Source: Pseudomonadota bacterium
GTDB taxonomy: Bacteria; Pseudomonadota; Alphaproteobacteria; Rhizobiales; Hyphomicrobiaceae
Assembly (NCBI GenBank): GCA_038522635.1
Contig: JBCBJZ010000093.1
Location: 1 to 14,976, forward strand
DNA length: 14,976 nt
Direction of reading: 5' to 3'
The position numbers were made by a program, and so were the translations under genes. Positions 1 through 7,079 of this stretch are shown here, piece by piece. The notes beneath the pieces were generated by a model that did no database searches, had not been told where the DNA came from, and saw only the letters and a program-made list of their open reading frames with translations. Within the stretch, counting starts at the first letter, position 1, and each line of letters opens with the position of its first letter.

Positions 1-350
1 TGAAGCCGAGCAGCTTCATGAAGTGGAGCTGACCGGGGTTGAGGTGGGCGCAGAAGTGCTCGGCGATCATGCGGGCATCGAGCGCCTTGGCGTCTTCAAC
101 GCTAAGCAGGGCGGGCTTGGGCAAAGGTGCTTTCACCGTTGCTGGGATTGCCCCTGGTGCTGGCGCAGACCCGGCCGCAGCCGCGGCCGCGACCGCTTTA
201 TCGGTACCGGCCTCATCAGCGCCGCCAGAGTGCATCGCCGCACCCGGCGAAAGCGTGTCGGCAGCGTTCACGTCCCGCCTGTCATCTTGCACGTTTTCGC
301 TCCGCGCTTTGAGCGTGGGCGTCTCAGTACCATCCAAGCCGGTTGTCATG
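1..350 (-). CDS. Class-III (PatA-like) aminotransferase, N-terminal part; the gene continues beyond the left window edge
   Basis: Minus-strand ATG at 350, preceded by AAGGAG about 7 nt upstream. The frame stays open to position 1, and GC3 is high in the distal part. The translation ...LLSVEDAKALDARMIAEHFCAHLNPGQLHFMKLLGF resembles the N-terminus of E. coli PatA ([29 protein letters not shown]). An Ala/Pro-rich low-complexity segment precedes this motif. Not in the supplied ORF track, presumably because it runs off the edge. Confidence 0.5.
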
Positions 351-408
351 GGCGCCGCTCCTTTTGGTGGGGGCCGATCTCGCAAATCAAGAGGTCCGTT
401 GTCAGCCT

Positions 409-1455
409 CTAGGCGGCTATGGGCGCATCGGCCTTGGTCGCCGTTTGCCGGCGTCCCGCCCGGTAACCATCGTAAGCCGACTTCAGCATGCTCGTGTCAT
501 CGTGCTGCGGCGCCCAGCCCAGGTCGCGTTTCGCCTTGGACGTATCGAGCACGCAATATTCATCGGCAATCAAATACTGCTCGGGATCCATCAAGGGCAT
601 GTTCACAAGATCGAGACCGTCGAGCGTGCGCTTGACCAGCCAGGCCGGCGTCGGCAACACCAGCGAGCGGCTGCCCGCATGCGCGATGAGATCGCGCAAC
701 AACGTGCGTACCGGCGGAGGATCATCTGAGCCCAGGTTATAGGCTTCGTTCGGCAGCCCGGCCTCGGCCGCAAGCCTTGCGGCACTCGCGCAATCGAAAA
801 CCGAAATAAACTGGTAAGCGTTGCGGCCAGCGCCGATCATCGGCACCGGCAGGTTCAGATCGATCAGCTTGAACAGCTTGGTCAGAATGCCAAGGCGGCC
901 GGGCCCGATGATAAGCCGTGGCCTGAAGACACTGATCGCCATGCCCTTCGCGCGGTAGGTTTCGACCAGCTTTTCACTTTCAAGCTTGCTCAGGCCGTAT
1001 TCGCCTAGCGGGGCTGCACGGTGGTCTTCGCGCACCGGCACCTGCAGCGCGTGGCCGTAGACCATGTCGGTCGTGAAGTGCACCAGGCGATGTGCGCCCG
1101 CAGCCGCCATCGCTTCCAGAATATGTGCGGTCCCATGGTAGTTCACGGGCCAGAAAAAGTCGTGGCGTTTCGCGCGCGCCTGGAGCGGGCTCAGCATCTT
1201 CGCCGACATGTTGTAGACGACGTCATCGGCCTTCAAGCCGAGGGCTTTGAGGCTGTCAGGCGCCGTAACGTCAACTTCGATGAAGCGGGCTTGCCCGTAG
1301 ACGTCATGGCCGCTGTTGGTGATGTCGGCGACCACCACGTCAGCGCCCCGTTCAACAAGGTCCTGCGCCAGTTGCGCACCGACGAAGCCGTCGCCGCCGA
1401 TGATCACATGGCGTTTGCCCGATTGACCTTTGATACCATCGTTTTGGTTGCTCAC
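409..1455 (-). CDS. NAD-dependent epimerase/dehydratase (extended SDR family)
   Basis: 348 aa. N-terminal Rossmann motif HVIIGGDGFVGAQLAQDLVERGADVVVAD. GTG start at 1455 with GGGAGG upstream. TAG stop at 409-411. Sits 16 bp downstream of the ArnE-like gene on the same strand. Confidence 0.85.
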   Translation of the reverse strand: MSNQNDGIKGQSGKRHVIIGGDGFVGAQLAQDLVERGADVVVADITNSGHDVYGQARFIEVDVTAPDSLKALGLKADDVVYNMSAKMLSPLQARAKRHDFFWPVNYHGTAHILEAMAAAGAHRLVHFTTDMVYGHALQVPVREDHRAAPLGEYGLSKLESEKLVETYRAKGMAISVFRPRLIIGPGRLGILTKLFKLIDLNLPVPMIGAGRNAYQFISVFDCASAARLAAEAGLPNEAYNLGSDDPPPVRTLLRDLIAHAGSRSLVLPTPAWLVKRTLDGLDLVNMPLMDPEQYLIADEYCVLDTSKAKRDLGWAPQHDDTSMLKSAYDGYRAGRRQTATKADAPIAA

Positions 1456-1471
1456 GGGGCAGATGCCTCCC

Positions 1472-1840
1472 TCAGGATTGCGCGATCAGGATCGTGCCGC
1501 CGCAGATCATCGCAATGCCGGCGATGCGCAGCAGTCCAACGTCCTCGTTGAAGACGAAAAAGGCGTAGGCCGTGACCACCACGTAGGCGAGCGACAGAAA
1601 CGGGTAGGCGTAGCTGAGTTCGACTTTGGACAGCACGATCAGGTGCGAGGCCATCGAGATGACAAAGGTGCCAAGCCCGAGGATCACGAACGGGCTGAAC
1701 GCGACCGCCAGAACGGTGTCAAAAAGTGAGCGCTGCGGGTCGGCTGCAGCCGTGACCGCGATCATGCCTTGCTTCAGCATGATCTGTGCCGCCGCGTTGG
1801 TGAGCACAGTGAACAAGATGAGGGGGAGATACGTGGACAC
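1472..1840 (-). CDS. ArnE-like small EamA/SMR-type 4-TM transporter (undecaprenyl-phosphate-aminosugar flippase subunit family)
   Basis: 122 aa with four hydrophobic segments. The N-terminus LILFTVLTNAAAQIMLKQG matches ArnE ([20 protein letters not shown]). The C-terminus AYPFLSLAYVVVT...IAGIAMICGGTILIA matches ArnE (AYPMLSLNFVWVT...GVAFIIGGIVILG). GTG start at 1840. Confidence 0.75.
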   Translation of the reverse strand: MSTYLPLILFTVLTNAAAQIMLKQGMIAVTAAADPQRSLFDTVLAVAFSPFVILGLGTFVISMASHLIVLSKVELSYAYPFLSLAYVVVTAYAFFVFNEDVGLLRIAGIAMICGGTILIAQS

Positions 1841-2050
1841 CGCTGCCGCCTAAAGGTCCGCTGCGCTTACCGCCCAGCAGTTCAGCGCGAACGTGTTTCG
1901 CTCAAGCCAAGCCCAAGCGCGCCGCCGCCGTTGAAGATGTGCCCCGCGTCTGGTTTTGAACGCTGGGAGAGCGCAATTCAAGGTTGTCCGTGTCACCGCT
2001 GCGTGGCGTGGTAAATGCTCACGCGTTCAGCATCACGGGCGGACACGCGT

Positions 2051-2866
2051 TCACGCGCTGGCGGGTGGATGACGCGAGGTGCGGACCTGTCGCCATGGTG
2101 CCCGCAGCACGATGTCGCACAGCACGCGCGCGCACCGGGCATAGCGCATGGCAAGCCGACGCGGATCGCCAGCCAACCGCCACGCCCATTCCATGCCAAA
2201 GCGCTGCCAGGCCTGCGGTGCGCGATGCTGCGCGCCCGCGATGAAGTCGAGCCCGGCGCCGATGCACATAAATCCGCAAGGCACACCCTTCGCGACCGCG
2301 TAGGCCGCGAACAATTCTTGTTTGGGCGCACCCAGCGCGATGAAACAGAGCCGCGCGCCACTGGCACGGATCTCGTCCAGGGCGGCGTCGGCTTCCGGGC
2401 CGGTGGGATCGAAGTCTGCGCCTGGTGCCAACGTTCCTGCGACATCGAGTTCATCATCGCAGTGGCGCGCCAGCGCGCGAGCGCTCTTGGCAAGCACGGC
2501 AGGCGAGGAGCCGAAAAAGAACACCGGGCAGGACACGCGCGCGGCAGCCTTGCATAAGGGCGCAACAAGATCGGCGCCGGTTGTGCGTTTGAAGCTTGCG
2601 TCCTGGCGGCGGGCCAAACCGGCGACCGGGGCGCCGTCGGCGGTGATCAAGTCTGCGCTCGCATAGGCCGCGCGAAACCCATCGTCATGGCGCAACTTCA
2701 CCAGATGATCGAGGTTAAGCGTGAACAGCGTGAACGGCCCGGGCGTTTTGGCGCGCTGCATGACCGCTTGCACGGCCTCGCCAGGTGTCGCCACGTTGAT
2801 CGGCCACCCGTCGACGTGGGCGCGCGCGTGCATCGCCCTCGTGGTTATCGCGTCAGACCGTTGCAT
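2051..2866 (-). CDS. WecG/TagA/CpsF-family (GT26) glycosyltransferase
   Basis: 271 aa. Conserved blocks FTLNLDHLV...ADLITADGAPVAG and LGAPKQELF...GAGLDFIAGAQHRAP...GMEWAWRL..PRRL match UDP-ManNAcA / ManNAc transferases. An alternative start is the internal Met at 2833. Confidence 0.85.
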   Translation of the reverse strand: MQRSDAITTRAMHARAHVDGWPINVATPGEAVQAVMQRAKTPGPFTLFTLNLDHLVKLRHDDGFRAAYASADLITADGAPVAGLARRQDASFKRTTGADLVAPLCKAAARVSCPVFFFGSSPAVLAKSARALARHCDDELDVAGTLAPGADFDPTGPEADAALDEIRASGARLCFIALGAPKQELFAAYAVAKGVPCGFMCIGAGLDFIAGAQHRAPQAWQRFGMEWAWRLAGDPRRLAMRYARCARVLCDIVLRAPWRQVRTSRHPPASA

Positions 2867-3096
2867 CGTTTACGCCTCACTTGAACTTGTTGACACCCGC
2901 GCCTTGGGGGGCTGCGTCCAGCTACAACAGGGTCCGCTCGCGCGCTTTGCACACGTCTTGGCGTGTTCCTTAGCGCGACGAACAGAAGGCTGCCAGTCAC
3001 ACAACGTCCCAGGGCGGGGTGATGCGATCCATGCCGCCCCCTCGCGGCAGGCGGTATCCAGCAAGCTTCGTACCAGCGGCCAACTTGAATGCGCTC

Positions 3097-3129
3097 GCGA
3101 CGTTTGGTCGGGCTCTTGCGACGTTTGGT
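3097..3129 (+). promoter_or_regulatory. Tandem direct repeat GCGACGTTTGGT (two exact copies, start-to-start 21 bp), 75-110 bp upstream of hemA; candidate operator
   Basis: Exact 12-mers at 3097-3108 and 3118-3129. The spacing equals two helical turns. Located in the 338-bp divergent region between wecG-like and hemA. Confidence 0.3.
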
Positions 3130-3204
3130 GGGATCGCGAAGGGCAGTCGCGTGCGCTACCTCGATCGGTAACGAACGACGCAGGCGGCAGAGAAGGTTGG
3201 TGCG

Positions 3205-4443
3205 GTGACAACGTCCTACGATAAGCGCTTTGAAGCGCATGTGCAGACCTTGCGCGATGAGGGCCGCTATCGCGTGTTTGCCGACCTCAAGCGGCAACGC
3301 GGCGCCTATCCAGCGGCGACGGATTGCTCGCAGACCGCACCGGGCGATGTCACGGTGTGGTGCAGCAACGACTACCTCGGCATGAGCCAGCATCCCAAGG
3401 TGATCGCGGCCATGCACGCAGCCCTTGACGATGTGGGTGCGGGCTCAGGCGGCACGCGCAATATTTCAGGGACCACGCATTACCACGTAGAACTCGAAGC
3501 GGCCTTGCGCGATCTCCACGCCAAAGAGGCTGCGCTGTTGTTCACGTCCGCCTTTGTCGCCAACGACGCGACGCTTTCGACGCTCGTCAAACTGATGCCC
3601 GGCACGATCATTTTTTCAGACGAGAAAAACCATGCCTCCATGATCGAAGGGATCCGCCACGGCGGCGGCGACAAGCGCATCTGGCGCCATAACGATTTGG
3701 ATCATCTGGAAAGCCTGCTGCAGGCGGTGCCACGCGATGTGCCGAAGATCATCGCGCTGGAGTCCGTCTATTCGATGGACGGCACCTTCGCGCCGCTGCA
3801 CGCGGTCTGCGATCTGGCCGAAACCTACGGCGCCCTCACCTACCTCGACGAGGTCCACGCCGTCGGCCTCTACGGACCGCGCGGCGCGGGGCTCGCCGAA
3901 CAAGTCGGAGCGCACGACCGCATCGACATCATCAACGGAACCCTCGCCAAGGGCTACGGGGTGATGGGCGGCTACATCGCTGCAAGCCGCGTGTGCTGCG
4001 ATGCCATCCGGTCCACCGCGCCGGGCTTCATCTTCACGACGTCGCTTGCACCGGCGCTGGCAGCAGGCGCGTACGCCAGCATCGAACACCTGAAGACGAG
4101 CAACGTTGAGCGCCAACGCCATCAGGAGCGCGCCGCGACCCTCAAGGGACTGCTCCACGCGGCCGGCCTTCCGGTACTCGATAGCCCCAGCCACATCGTG
4201 CCGGTCATGGTTGGCAACCCGGTCCACTGCAAAGCGGTCACCGACACCTTGATGAGCCGCTACGGCATCTACGTCCAGCCGATCAACTACCCGACGGTGC
4301 CCAAAGGCAGCGAGCGCATTCGCCTTACGCCCACGCCCTTGCACACGCCCGCGCACATGGATGCCGTGGTGAGCGCGTTACGCGAACTTTGGGCCGCCTG
4401 CCCCATCGGCCAAAACGAGACAGTCCGGCTCGCCGCGGAATAA
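3205..4443 (+). CDS. hemA: 5-aminolevulinate synthase (ALAS)
   Basis: 412 aa, near-collinear with Rhodobacter HemA. Matching blocks include [78 protein letters not shown] and [14 protein letters not shown] start at 3205. Confidence 0.95.
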   Translation: MTTSYDKRFEAHVQTLRDEGRYRVFADLKRQRGAYPAATDCSQTAPGDVTVWCSNDYLGMSQHPKVIAAMHAALDDVGAGSGGTRNISGTTHYHVELEAALRDLHAKEAALLFTSAFVANDATLSTLVKLMPGTIIFSDEKNHASMIEGIRHGGGDKRIWRHNDLDHLESLLQAVPRDVPKIIALESVYSMDGTFAPLHAVCDLAETYGALTYLDEVHAVGLYGPRGAGLAEQVGAHDRIDIINGTLAKGYGVMGGYIAASRVCCDAIRSTAPGFIFTTSLAPALAAGAYASIEHLKTSNVERQRHQERAATLKGLLHAAGLPVLDSPSHIVPVMVGNPVHCKAVTDTLMSRYGIYVQPINYPTVPKGSERIRLTPTPLHTPAHMDAVVSALRELWAACPIGQNETVRLAAE

Positions 4444-4447
4444 GACC

Positions 4448-5131
4448 GTGACCCGCGCAATCCTCATTTTCGATCTCGATGGCACGCTCGTTGAGAGCGC
4501 TGCGGCGATCCGCGACGTCGCCAACGCCCTGTTTGCCACGCTCGATCTGGCGCCCTTAAGCCTCGCTGAAACGCGAAGCTTCATCGGCAAGGGTGCCCGT
4601 CACTTTGTGGAGCGCGCTTTGCGCCACCGCGAAGCGTTCGATGCCGCGACCATCGAGCAGCATCACGAACACTTCCAGACGCTGTACCGCGCGGCACCGG
4701 GGTCAGCGAACGCCGCGTTTCCGGGCGCGGACGCCTGCTTGCGCCACCTCCAAGCGGAAGGCCATACGCTGGCGCTGTGCACCAACAAGCCCGAGGCCCC
4801 AACCCGCGCGGTGCTCGACGCGCACGCCTGGACGGGACTGTTCACGGCGCTCGTTTGTGGCGATAGCGGTTTGGCACTCAAACCATCGCCGACCCCGCTC
4901 CGCCAAGCGGCCGACCTTGCGCGTCAGGCCACCAACGCCCCGGCTGAGACACCTTGCGTGTTCATAGGCGACAGCGAGGTCGACGCGGAGACGGCCGCCG
5001 CCGCCGGCATCGCGTTCGTGCTCTACACCGAGGGCTACCGGCACACGCCGGTGGACGCCATCCGCGCCGCAGCGACCGTGAGCGCTTTCGCCGATCTGCC
5101 AAGGTCGATAACGGCGTTACTTCAACGCTGA
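4448..5131 (+). CDS. HAD-superfamily phosphatase, phosphoglycolate-phosphatase (Gph)-like
   Basis: 227 aa. HAD motif I at the N-terminus (ILIFDLDGTLVES). Gph-like block RSFIGKGARHFVERAL. GTG start 4 nt after the hemA TAA stop, so translationally coupled. Confidence 0.8.
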   Translation: MTRAILIFDLDGTLVESAAAIRDVANALFATLDLAPLSLAETRSFIGKGARHFVERALRHREAFDAATIEQHHEHFQTLYRAAPGSANAAFPGADACLRHLQAEGHTLALCTNKPEAPTRAVLDAHAWTGLFTALVCGDSGLALKPSPTPLRQAADLARQATNAPAETPCVFIGDSEVDAETAAAAGIAFVLYTEGYRHTPVDAIRAAATVSAFADLPRSITALLQR

Positions 5132-5194
5132 GCGGCCAGCCTCCGCCTGACACAAATATTCATAACTCATTCATGAAATAGAGCGCGCCAGCAC

Positions 5195-5214
5195 GGCGCA
5201 TAGTGCTTTGCGCC
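5195..5214 (+). terminator. GC-rich stem-loop downstream of the HAD gene (GGCGCA-N8-TGCGCC); possible U-tract-less terminator
   Basis: A 6-bp perfect stem about 65 nt after the stop at 5131. No T-tract follows. It lies at the start of an unusually AT-rich 190-bp spacer. Confidence 0.2.
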
Positions 5215-5285
5215 CGCACTTCAAGACATGAACTTTGCGATCACCGCACACATATCTTCAATAGTTGCTTGTTATCTACTTTCAA

Positions 5286-5315
5286 AACAACGTGTGTCCT
5301 TTGACACGCTGTTAA
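5286..5315 (+). promoter_or_regulatory. Imperfect palindrome AACAACGTGTGTC-CTTT-GACACGCTGTT abutting the SD of the SPFH gene; candidate operator or 5'-UTR hairpin
   Basis: Core GTGTC/GACAC is perfect, and the flanks AACAA/CTGTT match 4 of 5. The site ends one base before the AAGGGGA SD (5314-5320) and the ATG at 5326. Confidence 0.3.
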
Positions 5316-5325
5316 GGGGATCTTT

Positions 5326-6333
5326 ATGAAACGATTAACCATTTTTGCGACCGCCAGCATCGCCGCCCTCGCCCTCACGGGCTGCATTGGCGAATCGGTG
5401 CAAGTGCCGCCGGCCTACGTCGGCAAGGTCCTCACCAAAGACGGCTTCCAGCCCGGGTTGGTGTCGCCTTCGCAATTCAGGTTGCCGCTGTGCTTCTTTT
5501 ACTGCGACCGGCTGATCCTGGTTGAATCGAGCGACTTCGGCCTGCGCGAAGAATTCCGCAACGACCATGCGCTCTACATGCCGAAGTCCGAACTTGCCAT
5601 GCCGTTCGACGTGCGCGGCACATTCGCGGTCCGCAACGATGACCGCACGCTGCAGGCCGTGTTCGACCGCGTGCCCGCAAAGGGCCCCCGCGGCGTGCTG
5701 CGCGGCCTCGCCCATGGCGTGATCAGCAAGTCGGACATCTATCGGATCTACGGCAAAGCGGTGGTGCGCGACGTGGTCCGCCGTATCGTCTCGCAATATA
5801 CGATCGAGCAGGTTGCTTCATCGCGGGCCGCCATCAACGCGCGCCTGATCAAGGCCGTCAACGAGGCGCTCTTGAACACGCCTTTGGTCGCCCGGCGGTT
5901 TGGCTTGGCCGATGTGCGCTTCCCCAAGGTCATCCTCGACCAGAAAGAAACGGCCGCGCGCCGGCGCATCGCCATCCAGCAGGAAGAAGCTGAAAAGCAG
6001 ATCCGGCTGGTGAAGTTGCAGGCTGATCTGGAAGCTGCCCGCGCGGAACGGCAGATCCGGCGTGAGCGCGCGCAAGCGGTGCTCGAAGAAAACAAGATTT
6101 ACGCGCAATCCGTGACGGCTCGCTACCTCGCCTATCGCCGCTTGGAAGTGCTTGAGAAGCTCGCCAACAGCCCCAACACCAAATGGGTGCCGTTTGAGGC
6201 GCTTGGCACAGTCGGTCAAAGCGTGGCGTTGTTTGCCCCGCAACCCAAAGGCACGCCCAAGCCTAAGGCAACCCCGCAAAGTGGTGCAGCCAAATTGGGC
6301 CCGGCGAAGCCCACGGTCGCCACCGCTCAATGA
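5326..6333 (+). CDS. SPFH/band-7 (prohibitin/HflK/C-like) lipoprotein
   Basis: 335 aa. Signal peptide with lipobox LTGC (Cys20). Band-7 core PAYVGKV...YRIYGKAVVRDVVRRIVSQYTIEQV. A C-terminal coiled coil is rich in E/R/Q, and a Pro/Lys-rich tail follows. SD AAGGGGA precedes the ATG. Confidence 0.8.
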   Translation: MKRLTIFATASIAALALTGCIGESVQVPPAYVGKVLTKDGFQPGLVSPSQFRLPLCFFYCDRLILVESSDFGLREEFRNDHALYMPKSELAMPFDVRGTFAVRNDDRTLQAVFDRVPAKGPRGVLRGLAHGVISKSDIYRIYGKAVVRDVVRRIVSQYTIEQVASSRAAINARLIKAVNEALLNTPLVARRFGLADVRFPKVILDQKETAARRRIAIQQEEAEKQIRLVKLQADLEAARAERQIRRERAQAVLEENKIYAQSVTARYLAYRRLEVLEKLANSPNTKWVPFEALGTVGQSVALFAPQPKGTPKPKATPQSGAAKLGPAKPTVATAQ

Positions 6334-6352
6334 CGCGTTCGGTGGTTCGTTC

Positions 6353-6376
6353 TGTGCGCTTTGTCGTGAGCGCACA
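6353..6376 (+). other. Intercistronic perfect stem-loop (TGTGCGCT-N8-AGCGCACA) between the SPFH gene and the downstream membrane-protein gene
   Basis: An 8-bp perfect stem 20 nt after the SPFH TGA stop. No U-tract follows. The next SD, AAGGAGG, lies at 6402-6408. Confidence 0.4.
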
Positions 6377-6413
6377 TGCCGTCGGCGGCCTGCGTTAAGA
6401 CAAGGAGGTTCAT

Positions 6414-6830
6414 GTGATCGACTTTCGATTTTCACCTGAAGCGATGACGCTCGCGGTTATCCAAGGCGTGATCGCGGCGGCCGGCCTGCTCATCCTGGTC
6501 TGGCTGACGTGGCGCATGGTGCGCAAGCTCAAGGCGCGCGCGCAGCAACCTGCCTCGCGCCGTGAGCCCAAAGACTGGCTTCGCGTGGCGTGGCCGCCGG
6601 TGGCTTGGGCGCTCACGCTGACGCTCGGCGCGCTACTTTATTCGACCGTGCAGCCCTACAGCCCGCGCGTTATGATTCCAAAGACCGACCTCACGATCAC
6701 CACGCCGCCCGGCGTTGACGCGAAAGCGCCGGTGCAAGACCTGACGCCGCGCAAACTGACCGACGCTGAACGTCTCGCCCGCCAACGTGCGCTCGAAGCG
6801 GAGACGCGCAACCGCGTCAATCTGAAGTGA
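6414..6830 (+). CDS. Small membrane protein with two TM helices, function unknown
   Basis: 138 aa. GTG start 5 nt after a strong AAGGAGG SD. Two hydrophobic helices (about aa 11-33 and 55-77), then a charged C-terminal tail. Co-oriented with the SPFH gene, 80 bp downstream. Confidence 0.6.
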   Translation: MIDFRFSPEAMTLAVIQGVIAAAGLLILVWLTWRMVRKLKARAQQPASRREPKDWLRVAWPPVAWALTLTLGALLYSTVQPYSPRVMIPKTDLTITTPPGVDAKAPVQDLTPRKLTDAERLARQRALEAETRNRVNLK

Positions 6831-7006
6831 GCGGGTGAGCCGTCAGCGGCCACCCCGGTCTTGGCCTCAGCCGCCTCAGCACCCACCGCTGTCATCCCAC
6901 CCCCTGTGGGTAGGATCCACCCTTCAACCACCGTGCTCTGTCGGGACGCGCTGATCGCGGCACGGGCGGCCTGCCACCGCCGCCATCCGGAATAACTGAC
7001 GGTTGG

Positions 7007-7029
7007 ATCCTCGCCACAAGGGCGAGGAT
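7007..7029. terminator. Palindromic hairpin ATCCTCGCC-acaag-GGCGAGGAT between convergent genes; candidate bidirectional terminator
   Basis: A 9-bp perfect GC-rich stem. It lies 50-70 nt downstream of the prpD-like stop (7080, minus strand) and 177 nt downstream of the 6830 stop. On the minus strand it is followed by ...cagttattcc. Confidence 0.3.
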
Positions 7030-7079
7030 GACAGCGTTGGTCGTCGCCGACGCCCGGCGCACCCCTGGTCTTTGTGGTC

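Noticed and set aside
39-635. Long plus-strand ORFs (23..412, 39..635) rich in Ala/Ser/Arg overlapping the epimerase and aminotransferase genes
   Set aside because: They lie opposite strongly supported minus-strand genes with clear homology. Their low-complexity composition is typical of antisense frames in high-GC DNA. A minus-strand gene with an SD explains the region instead.
2885-2900. TTGACA hexamer at 2891-2896 as a sigma-70 -35 box for hemA
   Set aside because: I found no acceptable -10 hexamer at 16-18 bp spacing, so a promoter call would be guesswork from sequence alone.
3616-4356. 246-aa minus-strand ORF inside hemA, and similar antisense ORFs inside glyS (8979..9947, 9500..10009), the SPFH gene (5818..6435) and the prpD-like gene (7074..7835)
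   Set aside because: They are fully embedded in genes with unambiguous homology. They lack start context and are Arg/Ala-rich, so I treat them as high-GC artefacts.
6414-6830. Assigning the small 2-TM protein as an NfeD-family partner of the SPFH protein
   Set aside because: NfeD short forms carry a C-terminal beta-domain, and the gene usually precedes the SPFH gene. This protein has a charged, probably helical, tail and follows it. I left it as hypothetical.
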